From an uncultured Clostridia bacterium (GTDB lineage Bacteria; Bacillota; Clostridia; Oscillospirales; Acutalibacteraceae), in contig CALWIZ010000007.1 in NCBI GenBank assembly GCA_944380885.1, positions 5,122 through 69,121 of the forward strand: 64,000 bases of DNA, written 5' to 3'. Positions 44,019 to 54,136 of the stretch are shown here, piece after piece. A model generated the notes under the pieces. That model saw nothing but the letters and a program-made list of their open reading frames with translations. It had not been told where the DNA came from and made no database searches. Position numbers and translations under genes: made by a program. Within the stretch, counting starts at the first letter, position 1, and each line of letters starts with the position of its first letter.

Positions 44019-45467
44019 TTACAGCTCCTTTATCATATCAGACGGCAGCATCGCACGTTCGCCGCGTTTGGCGGCGGCCTTGTCGCCTGCCTGCCCGTGA
44101 AGATACACCCCGGCCTTTGCCGCATCATCAGCGGAAAATCCCTGAGCCAGCAGGGAAACTATTATGCCCGAAAGCAGGTCGCCGCTGCCGCCCGTCGCCA
44201 TACCGGGATTGCCTGTCAGGTTGAAAAATATTTCTCCTTCAGGAGTAGCAATAATGGTATTCGCGCCTTTGAGCACCAGTACGCAGCCGTATTCCGCCGC
44301 GAATTTGCGTGCTGCCCCCACTCGGTCAGCCTCGATATCCGTGACGGTAAGCGAGCACAGTCTTGCCATTTCGCCGGGGTGCGGCGTCAGAATGACAGGA
44401 GCTTTGCGTTTCTTAATAATATCTATGCTGCCGCACAGGGCGTTTATGCCATCTGCATCGATTACAAGCGGGATTTTTGATTTTTCGCAGAGGTTTTTTA
44501 CTATTTCTGCGGTATCACGATTATTGCCGAGACCGCAGCCGACAAGCACCGCAGAACAGCCGGCAAGTATTTTTTCGTAATCTATTCCGTCAGGCGGCAG
44601 CGTGCCTTTTTCGGTCTGCTTTAAGGGGACGCATACGGCTTCCGGAACCGAAGCGGTAAACGGAGCGTATATACCGTCGCACAAAACCGCCTTGAGTATC
44701 CCGACGCCGCTTCTGAGCGCTGCCTTTGCCGCGAGTATCGCCGCGCCCGCCATTCCGTAGCTGCCGCAGAACATGACCGCCGTGCCGAAGCTGCCCTTGT
44801 GGGAATTGCGGCGGCGTTTTTCAAAGACCGGCTTTTCAGTTGTAAGATAACTGTAAGAGACCGGCTCTGCCCCGATATCCGCCACCTGTACCTCGCCGCA
44901 CATATCGCTGCCGGCGGGCAGTACAAGACACGGCTTTAATGCTATGAATGTGACAGTAAGATCGGCTTTGACTGCCGTGCCGAGGATTTTTCCGCTGTCC
45001 GACTCGACTCCGCTCGGCACATCTACCGAGATTTTAACGCCGCTTGCGGTGTTAATTGCCTTTACTGCTTCCGCGGCGGCACCCTCAAGAGGACGGTCAA
45101 GACCTATTCCGAAAAGAGCGTCCACAGTTATGTCGGTATTTTCAGGTATAATTTTTCCTTTTTTCGCGAGGTACAGCTTGCCGTAATAATAAGCGGCGTT
45201 TTCGGTTTTGGGCGCGCCCAGCGGTGTTACCACCGTTACGTCGGCCCCGTGCTGAGCGAGTATTTCGGCGATAACGCAGCCGTCGCCCCCGTTGTTGCCT
45301 TTGCCGCATACTACCGCTATTCTTTTTCCGGCGCAGCCGTATTTCCGCATAATTATTTCAGCCGCGGCGCTGCCGGCGCGGAACATAAGCTCCCTTAAAG
45401 AAAAAGCGCCGCTTTTTACGGCGTTTTCCTCTGACTCTCTTATCAAAGCCACGGATAATACCTTCAA
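44019..45467 (-). CDS. nnr: bifunctional NAD(P)H-hydrate repair enzyme (epimerase/ADP-dependent dehydratase)
   Basis: 482 aa. YjeF-N part VVCGKGNNGGDGCV, C-terminal carbohydrate-kinase part GNPGMATGGSGDLLSG. TTG start after GGGAGGGAG. Confidence 0.85.
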   Translation of the reverse strand: MKVLSVALIRESEENAVKSGAFSLRELMFRAGSAAAEIIMRKYGCAGKRIAVVCGKGNNGGDGCVIAEILAQHGADVTVVTPLGAPKTENAAYYYGKLYLAKKGKIIPENTDITVDALFGIGLDRPLEGAAAEAVKAINTASGVKISVDVPSGVESDSGKILGTAVKADLTVTFIALKPCLVLPAGSDMCGEVQVADIGAEPVSYSYLTTEKPVFEKRRRNSHKGSFGTAVMFCGSYGMAGAAILAAKAALRSGVGILKAVLCDGIYAPFTASVPEAVCVPLKQTEKGTLPPDGIDYEKILAGCSAVLVGCGLGNNRDTAEIVKNLCEKSKIPLVIDADGINALCGSIDIIKKRKAPVILTPHPGEMARLCSLTVTDIEADRVGAARKFAAEYGCVLVLKGANTIIATPEGEIFFNLTGNPGMATGGSGDLLSGIIVSLLAQGFSADDAAKAGVYLHGQAGDKAAAKRGERAMLPSDMIKEL

Positions 45468-45481
45468 AACGGCTCCCTCCC

Positions 45482-45994
45482 TTATTTGAACGCGCTGTTC
45501 GCTATGAATTTAGGAACAAATTTCACTACAGCCGAACGCACACGCTCGTCCGGAGCGAAAACAAGATATATCGTTCCTTTGCCTTCGGCTGACGATACCA
45601 TAAGATACGCGTCCGGATCGTCTGTATTGCAGGCGACGGTAAGCTCCTTCGGATTTACCGAGGCTATCTGCGAAGGATTGAATTTATCGATTCTCGAAAC
45701 CGTCTGAAGTTCAAAGGAAAGCACACGCTTGCGGGAGCTTTTGCTTATTATTTTATCTATATCCATCGTGCCGTTGGTTACAATATACTCATACTCTATA
45801 TTGAAGCGGCAGCTTAGCTTGTACGCTCCGAAAATCACACCTGCCATAAGCAGAAAGGCAAAAGCGGCGAGGTATCCGCTGAACATGAAGAGCAGAAAGC
45901 AAAGCACAAAGGCGAGAAACCAGATACCGATTACGGCGGCGATATCCTTTCCCGTTTTCCTTATGGAAATTATCTGTTCAAAAAAAGTATCCAT
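45482..45994 (-). CDS. two-TM membrane protein of unknown function
   Basis: Start taken at MDTFFEQIISIRK (45994). Two adjacent TM helices, then a soluble tail. Family not recognised with certainty. Confidence 0.55.
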   Translation of the reverse strand: MDTFFEQIISIRKTGKDIAAVIGIWFLAFVLCFLLFMFSGYLAAFAFLLMAGVIFGAYKLSCRFNIEYEYIVTNGTMDIDKIISKSSRKRVLSFELQTVSRIDKFNPSQIASVNPKELTVACNTDDPDAYLMVSSAEGKGTIYLVFAPDERVRSAVVKFVPKFIANSAFK

Positions 45995-46112
45995 GTAATA
46001 TCCCCTCAACAAAGCAAATATAATTATATATACATTATACACCAAAGCTCATTGTACTTGCAATAGATTTTGTTTTAGTATATAATAAATTTACCTTTTA
46101 TTAACAAGTGAG

Positions 46113-46391
46113 GTGCTGATTTTGCGTATTAAAGACGGTTACAGCGTTGTAAATCTTCAGGGACAGAACACCGTAGTGGCAAACGCGGCTATTTCCGCGG
46201 AGCTTCAGAATACCATAGTGCTTACCGATACATCGCTTTTTCTCTGGAATATGCTGAAAAACGGCGATGTTTCAAAGTCCCAGATGCTCGACGCGCTGCT
46301 TGATAATTTTGATATTTCAACTGTGCTTGCGCTGAGTGATATTGATATTTTTATCAGGACTATGAGAGAGAACGGAATTATAGAGGAATAA
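46113..46391 (+). CDS. PqqD-family (RRE-like) small protein
   Basis: 92 aa, TTG start after GTGAGGTG. The pattern ...IVLTDTSLFLWNMLKNGDVSKSQMLDALLDNFDIS...DIDIFIRTMRENGIIEE is typical of PqqD-like peptide chaperones. Stop is immediately followed by the next ATG. Confidence 0.6.
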   Translation: MLILRIKDGYSVVNLQGQNTVVANAAISAELQNTIVLTDTSLFLWNMLKNGDVSKSQMLDALLDNFDISTVLALSDIDIFIRTMRENGIIEE

Positions 46392-48047
46392 ATGAAAAAC
46401 AGGGAAACTCTTAAATGGATATATCAGAGGATAAAGCTGTATTTTCCACTTGTGCTGCTGATTTCTCTGACGACCGCGTTGTCCGCGGTCTCGGGCGTGG
46501 CTATCGCGCTTATTACAAAGCGTGTGTTCGACGCGGCGACTTCTGAAGGCGGCGGAAGCCTTTTTTCGGCGGGGGCGCTGCTTTTCGCGGTTATAATTTT
46601 TCAGGTGCTGCTTAGCGCGGCGCAGTCGCTTCTTAACGCTTATGCCTCGGGAAAGCTGACCGTAAGTATAAGAAATTATCTGTTTAAAAGGGTTTGTGAA
46701 AAAAGGTATTCGGATATTTCCGCGTACCATTCGGGCGACCTTTTGAACAGGTTTACGTCTGACGCGGACGTTATAGTCTCAAGCGCCGTTTCGGTTATGC
46801 CGGGAATTGTCTCGATAATAACAAAGATAATCGCCGGCGTAGGCGCCATGCTGCTGCTCAATCCTCTGCTTGCGGCGGTGATACTGCTGCTCGGAGCGGC
46901 TGTTCCGGCTGTCGGCCGGCTGATAAATAAAAAATACAAGAAGCTGCACAAGGAAGTTCAGAAAACCGAAGGCGAAGTGCGCTCGTTTTTACAGGAGTGT
47001 TTTGAGAATATAGTTGTCATAAAGACCTTTGCAAGCGAACTCCCCTTTACCGGCAGACTCGGCGATCGTATGGATAAGAATTTCCGTATCAAAATGAAGA
47101 GGACAGGCATAACCGTATTTTCGCATATATGTCTTTATTCATTTTTTACTTTGGGATATTACGCGGTAATGCTGTGGGGAGCCGGAGGGCTTGCCGCCGG
47201 AACGGTGACTTACGGTACGCTTATGGCTTTTCTTCAGCTTATCTCCCAGCTCCGCGCGCCGCTTCAGAATGTTTCGGGCATAATGCCGCAGTATTATTCG
47301 GCGCTGGCGTCGGCAGAACGGCTTATCGAGCTGGACAGGCTTGAGACGGAGGAGGTTCCGCATGAAGCCGCAAAACTTGACAAGATTAAGAAAAATTTCC
47401 GCGAGCTTGAAATCAAAAACGTCAGCTTTTCCTACGGCGGCGAGAATATACTGGATAATTGCAGCTTTTCGGCGGGTAAAGGACATATAACTGCAATAAC
47501 AGGCGAATCGGGCAGCGGAAAAAGCACGCTTTTCAAGGTAATACTCGGGCTCTATACGCCGCAGAAAGGCAGTATTACGGTAAACGGGGATATCAAGGTA
47601 GATGCCTCTGTAAGGGGACTGTTCTCATATGTGCCCCAGGGAAATATGGTGCTTTCGGGAACCGTGAGGGACAATATAACTCTGTGCAACCCGAATGTAA
47701 GCGAGGAGCGTCTGGCCGATGCGGCAAAAGCGGCGGAAATATACGATTACATTATGTCTCTGCCGGACGGGTTCGATACGGTGCTTTCCGAAAGGGGAGC
47801 CGGTCTTTCAGAGGGACAGATACAGCGTATCTCGATAGCGCGTGCCCTGCTTGTGGACGCTCCGGTGCTGCTGCTTGACGAGGCGACCAGCGCGCTTGAC
47901 GAGCAGACCGAAACCGCCGTTCTCGCCAATATAAAGCAGATGACCGGCAAAACCGTGCTGTTCATAACCCACCGCAACACGAGCCTTAAGGTATGCGACA
48001 CGATAGTTCATGTATCAAACGGAAAATTTACGGATATAAGCCGGTAA
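46392..48047 (+). CDS. ABC exporter, fused permease/ATPase (MsbA/type I exporter-like)
   Basis: Six-TM N-terminal half. Walker A GESGSGKST, signature LSEGQIQR, Walker B LLLDEATSALD. Confidence 0.85.
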   Translation: MKNRETLKWIYQRIKLYFPLVLLISLTTALSAVSGVAIALITKRVFDAATSEGGGSLFSAGALLFAVIIFQVLLSAAQSLLNAYASGKLTVSIRNYLFKRVCEKRYSDISAYHSGDLLNRFTSDADVIVSSAVSVMPGIVSIITKIIAGVGAMLLLNPLLAAVILLLGAAVPAVGRLINKKYKKLHKEVQKTEGEVRSFLQECFENIVVIKTFASELPFTGRLGDRMDKNFRIKMKRTGITVFSHICLYSFFTLGYYAVMLWGAGGLAAGTVTYGTLMAFLQLISQLRAPLQNVSGIMPQYYSALASAERLIELDRLETEEVPHEAAKLDKIKKNFRELEIKNVSFSYGGENILDNCSFSAGKGHITAITGESGSGKSTLFKVILGLYTPQKGSITVNGDIKVDASVRGLFSYVPQGNMVLSGTVRDNITLCNPNVSEERLADAAKAAEIYDYIMSLPDGFDTVLSERGAGLSEGQIQRISIARALLVDAPVLLLDEATSALDEQTETAVLANIKQMTGKTVLFITHRNTSLKVCDTIVHVSNGKFTDISR

Positions 48048-48164
48048 AAACGCGGCTTATAGGTTAAAAAAGAACAGCCCATTGCGCCGCATCTGTCGCC
48101 AAAAAAACAAAATGCGGCTGAACGCCGCAAAAAAAAATGAAATTCGAGGTTTATCGACAGACTG

Positions 48165-48204
48165 AACCGGACACCCATAAAAAATGTGGGTGTCCGGTTT
48201 TTTA
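48165..48204 (+). terminator. rho-independent terminator
   Basis: AACCGGACACCCA-9 nt-TGGGTGTCCGGTT followed by TTTT. Confidence 0.75.
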
Positions 48205-48245
48205 CGGTAATATAAAGAAAATAAGCGGGCGATAATGCGAAAAAT

Positions 48246-49091
48246 TTAATTTCCGCTCAGCTTTTTATCGATTTCCTCCGCCGCGGAAGTAAGGTAACCG
48301 CACTCAAAGCGCTCGAAAACGCCGTTGTCCACCATCTGCGAGAGCGACGGGTCAACCGGCATTTTAGCAAGCAGCGGCACGCCCAGCTCTTTCGCCACGG
48401 TCTCGCTGCCCGAGCCGAAAAGCTCGATTTTCTTTCCGCAGTCGGGGCATACGACATAGCTCATATTCTCAACAATGCCGAGCACCGGAATGTCCATCAT
48501 AGCCGCCATATTGTAGGCCTTTTTCACTATAAGTGAAACAAGGTCCTGCGGAGATGTAACGATAACCACGCCGTCAAGCGGAATAGTCTGGAAAACGGTA
48601 AGCGGAACGTCGCCCGTTCCGGGAGGACAGTCAATTATAAGATAATCAAGGTCCCCCCATACTACATCGTGCCAAAACTGCTTTACGGCTCCCGCGATGA
48701 TAGGGCCGCGCCACAGCACCGGCGAATCCTTTTCGGGCAGCATCATATTTATTGAAATTATCTTTATGCCTGATTCGGTCTCAGCGGGGAGTATGCCTAT
48801 CTCGTTCTGCATAGCGGGCGAGGTAATACCGAAGGTTTTGGGTATTGACGGGCCGGTAATGTCCGCGTCAAGTATGCCGACATTTTTACCCATTCTGTTA
48901 AGCAGAACCGCAAGCATTGAGGCGGTCATTGATTTTCCGACGCCGCCCTTGCCGCTTACCACGCCGATAACGTGTTTAATATTGTTGTATTCACCTGTAG
49001 GCTCTATAAGGCTCTGAGGATCGCGCGAGGCGCAGCTTTCCCCGCATGACGAACAGTCGCCCGAACAGCCCTGATGTGTTTGTTCTGACAT
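48246..49091 (-). CDS. mrp: Mrp/NBP35/ApbC-family Fe-S cluster carrier ATPase
   Basis: Start at ATG 49091 after AGAGGA. Cys-rich N-terminus GCSGDCSSCGESC, Walker A SGKGGVGKS, and CPDCG. Confidence 0.85.
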   Translation of the reverse strand: MSEQTHQGCSGDCSSCGESCASRDPQSLIEPTGEYNNIKHVIGVVSGKGGVGKSMTASMLAVLLNRMGKNVGILDADITGPSIPKTFGITSPAMQNEIGILPAETESGIKIISINMMLPEKDSPVLWRGPIIAGAVKQFWHDVVWGDLDYLIIDCPPGTGDVPLTVFQTIPLDGVVIVTSPQDLVSLIVKKAYNMAAMMDIPVLGIVENMSYVVCPDCGKKIELFGSGSETVAKELGVPLLAKMPVDPSLSQMVDNGVFERFECGYLTSAAEEIDKKLSGN

Positions 49092-49247
49092 ATTTTTTCC
49101 TCTTTTCAATCATTATATAAAGTTATTATACCGCTGAGAAGCAGAAAAATCAATCGCCGCACACAAAAAATTCCAGCTGTATTTTTGTTTGTCTTTACGC
49201 CGCCATACAAGCAATATCCGCTTTGCTGCTTATATTTTAATTGTAAT

Positions 49248-49274
49248 TTAGCACTCTTTAAATGCGAGTGCTGA
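49248..49274. promoter_or_regulatory. CIRCE operator (HrcA binding site)
   Basis: TTAGCACTC-TTTAAATGC-GAGTGCTGA matches the consensus TTAGCACTC-N9-GAGTGCTAA at 17/18 positions. It lies 100 nt upstream of htpG. Confidence 0.8.
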
Positions 49275-49373
49275 AATTCTTATATTATTCATAATTTGTT
49301 AACACAATTAGCTCAAAAAGGCTCTATACTATATGTCAGTTAAAGTCAAACTCTTAAAAAAAGGTGATATAAA

Positions 49374-51281
49374 ATGCGTACAAAACAGTTTAAATCAGAA
49401 TCCAAAAAGCTTATGGATATGATGATTAACTCCATTTATACCCATAAGGAAATTTTCCTGCGCGAGCTTATCTCCAACGCCAGCGACGCGCTTGACAAGC
49501 TCTATTTCCGCTCTCTTACCGATAATTCGGTCGGAATAGCGCCCGACGATTTCGAGATCCGTATCGAGATAGATAAGGACAAAAGGCTTTTGAAAATTAT
49601 TGATAACGGCTGCGGAATGACCGAGGAGGAACTGGACAAAAACCTCGGAACAATAGCTAAGTCCGGTTCGCTTGCCTTCAAGCAGGAAAACGAGAAAAAG
49701 GAAAACGTGGATATAATAGGTCAGTTCGGCGTAGGCTTCTACTCGGCGTTTATGGTAAGCGACCATGTAACGGTTGAAAGCCGCGCGTTCGGCTCTGATG
49801 AGGCGTTCCGCTGGGAGTCAAGCGGTGCCGAGGGCTACACGGTAGAGCCATGCGAGAAAGAAACGGTCGGCACCACGGTTACCCTCCATATCAAGGAGAA
49901 AACCGAGGACGAAAATTACGACGAGTATCTTGACCAGTACCGCATAAGCGCTCTTGTCAAGAAGTATTCCGACTATATCCGCCACCCGATCAGAATGGAA
50001 TTTACCACAAAAGAGCCGGTTGAGAAAAAAGAGGGCGACGAAAGCAAGGAAACCGAGTACAGGGACGTTACCGAGCTTCGCACCCTCAACAGTATGATAC
50101 CTATCTGGAAAAAGTCGAAAAGCGAGATAAAGCCTGAGGAATACAACAGCTTTTACAAGGATAAATTTTACGATTACGAAGATCCGGCAAGGGTTATCCA
50201 CTCAAAGACCGAGGGTCAGGCGACCTATTCTGCGCTGTTGTTTATACCGAAGCACGCGCCGTTTGACTACTATACAAAGGATTTTGAGAAGGGACTTCAG
50301 CTTTACTCAAAGGGCGTGCTGATAATGGACAAGTGTGCCGACCTGCTGCCCGACTATTTCAGCTTTGTAAAGGGTCTTGTGGACAGTGAGGATCTTTCGC
50401 TCAATATTTCCCGTGAAACTCTCCAGCACGACGGTCAGTTAAAGCTCATCGCCAAAACGGTTGAGAAAAAGATAAAATCGGAGCTTGAAAAAATGCTCAA
50501 GGACGACCGTGAGGCGTATGAGGAATTTTTCAAGACCTTTGGAATACAGCTCAAATTCGGGGTATATAATGACTACGGTATGCACAAGGACACCCTTAAG
50601 GATCTGCTTTTGTTCCATTCTTCAAATGAAAAGAAATATGTCACATTAAAAGAATATGCCGGGCGTATGAAAGAGGGTCAGGATACTATCTACTACGCCT
50701 GCGGCGAGACCGATGAGAAGATAGAAATGCTCCCCCAGACCGACGCGGTGAAGGACAAGGGCTATGAGATACTTTACCTTACCGAGAACGTAGACGAGTT
50801 CGCGCTCAAAATGATGGGCGAATACGACGGCAAGAAGTTTATGAACATCTGCGACGATAATCTGAATCTCGACAGCGAGGAAGAGAAAAAAGCGCTTGAG
50901 GAGGAAAACACCGCCGCTAAGGATATGTTTGAGGCTATGAAGGAGAGCATAGGCGATAAGATAAACGCCGTAAGGTTCACCAACAAGCTGAAAAACCATC
51001 CGGTCTGCCTTACAAGCGAGGGCGGCATATCCCTTGAGATGGAAAAAGTACTCAATTCAATGCCCGGAGCGGCTGACAACAAGGTAAAGGCTCAGCTTGT
51101 GCTTGAGATAAACGCATCCCACCCGATAGCTGAAAAGCTCAAAGAGCTTTATGAAAATGATAAGGAGCTGCTCGGCAAATACGCTAAGCTGCTTTACGGA
51201 GAAGCCTGCCTGATAGGCGGCAAATCTGTTCCGGACCCGGCGGAGCACAGCGCCCTTGTCTGCGAGCTTATGGTAAAATAA
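49374..51281 (+). CDS. htpG: molecular chaperone HtpG (Hsp90)
   Basis: FLRELISNASDALDK, IGQFGVGFYSAFMV. 635 aa. Confidence 0.95.
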   Translation: MRTKQFKSESKKLMDMMINSIYTHKEIFLRELISNASDALDKLYFRSLTDNSVGIAPDDFEIRIEIDKDKRLLKIIDNGCGMTEEELDKNLGTIAKSGSLAFKQENEKKENVDIIGQFGVGFYSAFMVSDHVTVESRAFGSDEAFRWESSGAEGYTVEPCEKETVGTTVTLHIKEKTEDENYDEYLDQYRISALVKKYSDYIRHPIRMEFTTKEPVEKKEGDESKETEYRDVTELRTLNSMIPIWKKSKSEIKPEEYNSFYKDKFYDYEDPARVIHSKTEGQATYSALLFIPKHAPFDYYTKDFEKGLQLYSKGVLIMDKCADLLPDYFSFVKGLVDSEDLSLNISRETLQHDGQLKLIAKTVEKKIKSELEKMLKDDREAYEEFFKTFGIQLKFGVYNDYGMHKDTLKDLLLFHSSNEKKYVTLKEYAGRMKEGQDTIYYACGETDEKIEMLPQTDAVKDKGYEILYLTENVDEFALKMMGEYDGKKFMNICDDNLNLDSEEEKKALEEENTAAKDMFEAMKESIGDKINAVRFTNKLKNHPVCLTSEGGISLEMEKVLNSMPGAADNKVKAQLVLEINASHPIAEKLKELYENDKELLGKYAKLLYGEACLIGGKSVPDPAEHSALVCELMVK

Positions 51282-51297
51282 TTTTAAAAGAAAAAAC

Positions 51298-51337
51298 CGC
51301 GTATCCGTATTTTTGAGTGCGGATACGCGTTTCAGTT
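51298..51337 (+). terminator. rho-independent terminator after htpG
   Basis: CGCGTATCCG-12 nt-CGGATACGCG followed by TTTCAGTTT. Confidence 0.75.
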
Positions 51338-51353
51338 TGTTAAAAAACTCAAA

Positions 51354-51455
51354 CGAAAAGCAAATTGTATATATGCAGAAGTTTAGGTCAAACCTTTTCA
51401 AAGGTTTGCGGTTTCTAAAGGCAGAGCCTTTAGCCGCTTTCCGCAGAAAGCGGAA
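51354..51455. repeat. multi-hairpin intergenic repeat, truncated copy B (left half only)
   Basis: CGAAAAGCAAATTGTATATATG...TCAAACCTTTTCAAAGGTTTGCGGTTTCTAAAGGCAGAGCCTTTAGCCGCTTTCCGCAGAAAGCGGAA aligns with copies A and C. It ends at 51455, directly against the pyrI stop codon (51456-51458). Confidence 0.8.
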
Positions 51456-51872
51456 TTATTTCGCCTTTGTCTCGCAGTATATGCAGCGGTAGATCCTGCG
51501 GGCGCGGTCGGTTAATTTAAAAATCTGGGGCAGCTCCTGCTCGGTCGCCGAAATGCAGCGCGGATTTTTACAGGTCAGCACGCCGGTCAGCTTTTCGGGA
51601 AGGGCTATGCTCTTTTTCTCAACTGTTTTGCCGTCCTTTATTATGTTTACCGTGACGTCGGGATCAACATATCCCAAAATATCGGTATCAACATCAAAAT
51701 CCGAATCGATTTTGATAATATCCTTTTTGCCCATTTTGCGGCTGGAAACATTTTTTATAAGCGCCACCGAGCAGTCGAGCGAATCAAGCCCCAAAAGATT
51801 GTAAATCCGCATGCCCTGTCCGGCGGTAATGTGGTCTATCACTATTCCGTTCTTTATGGAATCAATATTCAT
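51456..51872 (-). CDS. pyrI: aspartate carbamoyltransferase regulatory subunit
   Basis: 138 aa. IKNGIVIDHI and the Zn motif CKNPRC...CIYCE. Confidence 0.9.
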   Translation of the reverse strand: MNIDSIKNGIVIDHITAGQGMRIYNLLGLDSLDCSVALIKNVSSRKMGKKDIIKIDSDFDVDTDILGYVDPDVTVNIIKDGKTVEKKSIALPEKLTGVLTCKNPRCISATEQELPQIFKLTDRARRIYRCIYCETKAK

Positions 51873-52784
51873 TTATTCCACCTCCAGCAGCATTAAAATA
51901 AGCGCCATTCTCATATATTTGCCGTAAAGCACCTGCTTGAAATAGCAGGCACGGGGGTCTTTGTCAACAGCAACGCTTATTTCGTTGACACGGGGCAGCG
52001 GGTGAAGTATACACATATCGGCGCGCGCGTTTTTGAGCTTTTCGGGAGTTAATATATAGCTGTCTTTGAGCCGGAGATAATCCTCTTCGTTGAAGAAACG
52101 CTCTCTCTGTACCCTTGTCATATAGAGAATATCAAGCTGCGGCATAGGCTCCTCAAGGCTTGTCGTTTCGGTGTAGGGGATACCCTTGTCGTCAAGCGTC
52201 TGCTTTACATAGCCGGGCAGCTTTAACTCCTGCGGCGAGATAAGCACGAATTTTACGCCCATATAGCGGGACAGCGCGGCTATTAGCGAATGTACCGTCC
52301 TGCCGAATTTAAGGTCGCCGCAAAGACCGACTGTCAGGTTCTCAAAGCCGCCCTTCTCGCGGTAAATCGTAAGCAGGTCGGCAAGTGTCTGGGTCGGGTG
52401 ATTGTGGCCGCCGTCGCCGGCGTTTATCACCGGAACGCTCGCGTTCATTGCCGCCACAAGCGGCGCGCCCTCTTTAGGGTGGCGCATGGCTATGATATCG
52501 GCATAGCAGGATATTACTTTAGCGGTGTCCGCCACGCTCTCGCCCTTTGAGGCTGAAGAACTCTGCGCCTCTGAAAAGCCTATTACGTTTCCGCCAAGCT
52601 CGTACATAGCCGCCTCAAAGCTGAGCCTTGTTCTTGTGGACGGCTCGAAAAACAGGGTGGCGAGCTTTTTGCCTTTGCATTTTTCACTGTATTTCGCCGG
52701 ATTTCCTATAATATCGTTGGCGGTTTTTATAAGCTGTTCAAGCTCGTCTGTATTAAGCTCTAAAATATCTATAAGGCTTCTCAT
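51873..52784 (-). CDS. pyrB: aspartate carbamoyltransferase catalytic subunit
   Basis: [22 protein letters not shown]. 303 aa. Directly abuts pyrI. Confidence 0.95.
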   Translation of the reverse strand: MRSLIDILELNTDELEQLIKTANDIIGNPAKYSEKCKGKKLATLFFEPSTRTRLSFEAAMYELGGNVIGFSEAQSSSASKGESVADTAKVISCYADIIAMRHPKEGAPLVAAMNASVPVINAGDGGHNHPTQTLADLLTIYREKGGFENLTVGLCGDLKFGRTVHSLIAALSRYMGVKFVLISPQELKLPGYVKQTLDDKGIPYTETTSLEEPMPQLDILYMTRVQRERFFNEEDYLRLKDSYILTPEKLKNARADMCILHPLPRVNEISVAVDKDPRACYFKQVLYGKYMRMALILMLLEVE

Positions 52785-53425
52785 TTCGCCGCACCTATCC
52801 AGCTTTCGTCTGACGGGTTGTTTCTGAACGCTATAAGCCGCTTTATATCCTCCGGCTTTATATAGCCGTTCTCCGCCGCTACCTCGGCTATGCAGTCAAA
52901 ATCGGTAAGGCTTATGTTTTTAAGGTTCGCCGCGGCTAAGCGGTCAAGCCCCTTCTGCATTCCGTAGGTGAATATTGAGGCTATACCCAGCACTTCTGCG
53001 CCTGCCTCACGCAGAGCCTCCGCAACCTCGATAACGCTGCCGCCGGTGGAAATAAGGTCTTCTATGATAACTACCTTCTGACCCTTTTCGAGTCTGCCTT
53101 CAATGCGGTTCTGTCTGCCGTGGTCTTTGTTGCCCGAACGGACATATCCCATAGGCATATCAAGCAGGTGAGCTGTTATCGCCGCGTGGGCGATACCGGC
53201 GGTTGATGTGCCCATAAGCACCTCAGCTTCCGGATAATTTTCCTTTACCACTTTGGCAAGGCTTTGCTCAACGTCGTTTCTCACTTCGGGAGCTGTAAGG
53301 GTAAGCCGGTTGTCACAGTAAACCGGACTTTTAATGCCGCTCGCCCATGTAAAAGGCTCCTCGGGGCGGAAGAAAACTGCCTGTATTTTTAAAAGGTCGC
53401 TTGCTATAAGTCTTTTGATATCCAT
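52781..53425 (-). CDS. pyrE: orotate phosphoribosyltransferase
   Basis: PRPP motif [13 protein letters not shown]. 214 aa. 4-nt overlap with pyrB. Confidence 0.9.
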   Translation of the reverse strand: MDIKRLIASDLLKIQAVFFRPEEPFTWASGIKSPVYCDNRLTLTAPEVRNDVEQSLAKVVKENYPEAEVLMGTSTAGIAHAAITAHLLDMPMGYVRSGNKDHGRQNRIEGRLEKGQKVVIIEDLISTGGSVIEVAEALREAGAEVLGIASIFTYGMQKGLDRLAAANLKNISLTDFDCIAEVAAENGYIKPEDIKRLIAFRNNPSDESWIGAAK

Positions 53426-53437
53426 TTTTTCTGCTCC

Positions 53438-54136
53438 TTATCCTACAAATTCCTTAACGCAGCGTTCGTATGCCGCCACGGGGTCTTCCGCCGCGGTTAT
53501 CGGTCTGCCGACAACGATATAATCGCTGCCTATTTGCTTTGCCCTTTCGGGGGTTGTCACTCTTGACTGGTCGCCCTTGTCGCCGTCGGCGAAGCGAATG
53601 CCGGGGGTGACGGTGTAAAAGCCCTTTCCGCAGACGCTGTGCACCGCCGCCGCCTCGAGCGGTGAGCAGACAACGCCGTCAAGTCCCGCTCTTTTGGCGT
53701 TTAAGGCGTAGTGCATAACCACCTTTTCCATCGGCTTTTCTATAAGCAGGTCAGAGCGCATTCTTTCCTCGCTCGTTGAGGTAAGCTGGGTCACGGCTAT
53801 AAGTATCGGTCTTGTGCCGTCGGGACGGGTAAGCCCCTCAAGCGCCGCCTCCATCATAGCGACGGTGCCGCCCGCGTGCAGGTTGCACATATCGACATCA
53901 AGGCGGGAGAGCACCGCCATAGATTTTTTGACCGTGTTCGGAATATCGTGCAGCTTAAGGTCTAAAAATATTTTGTGACCTTTTTCCTTTATGTCCCTTA
54001 CAATCTGCGGGCCCTCAGCGTAAAAAAGCTCCATACCTATCTTGACAAAAGGCTTTACGCCGGTAAACTTATCAAGAAATGACATACATTCAGCTTTGCC
54101 GGCGAAATCGCAGGCTATTATAACGTCCTTACCCAT
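53438..54136 (-). CDS. pyrF: orotidine 5'-phosphate decarboxylase
   Basis: [19 protein letters not shown]. 232 aa. Confidence 0.9.
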   Translation of the reverse strand: MGKDVIIACDFAGKAECMSFLDKFTGVKPFVKIGMELFYAEGPQIVRDIKEKGHKIFLDLKLHDIPNTVKKSMAVLSRLDVDMCNLHAGGTVAMMEAALEGLTRPDGTRPILIAVTQLTSTSEERMRSDLLIEKPMEKVVMHYALNAKRAGLDGVVCSPLEAAAVHSVCGKGFYTVTPGIRFADGDKGDQSRVTTPERAKQIGSDYIVVGRPITAAEDPVAAYERCVKEFVG

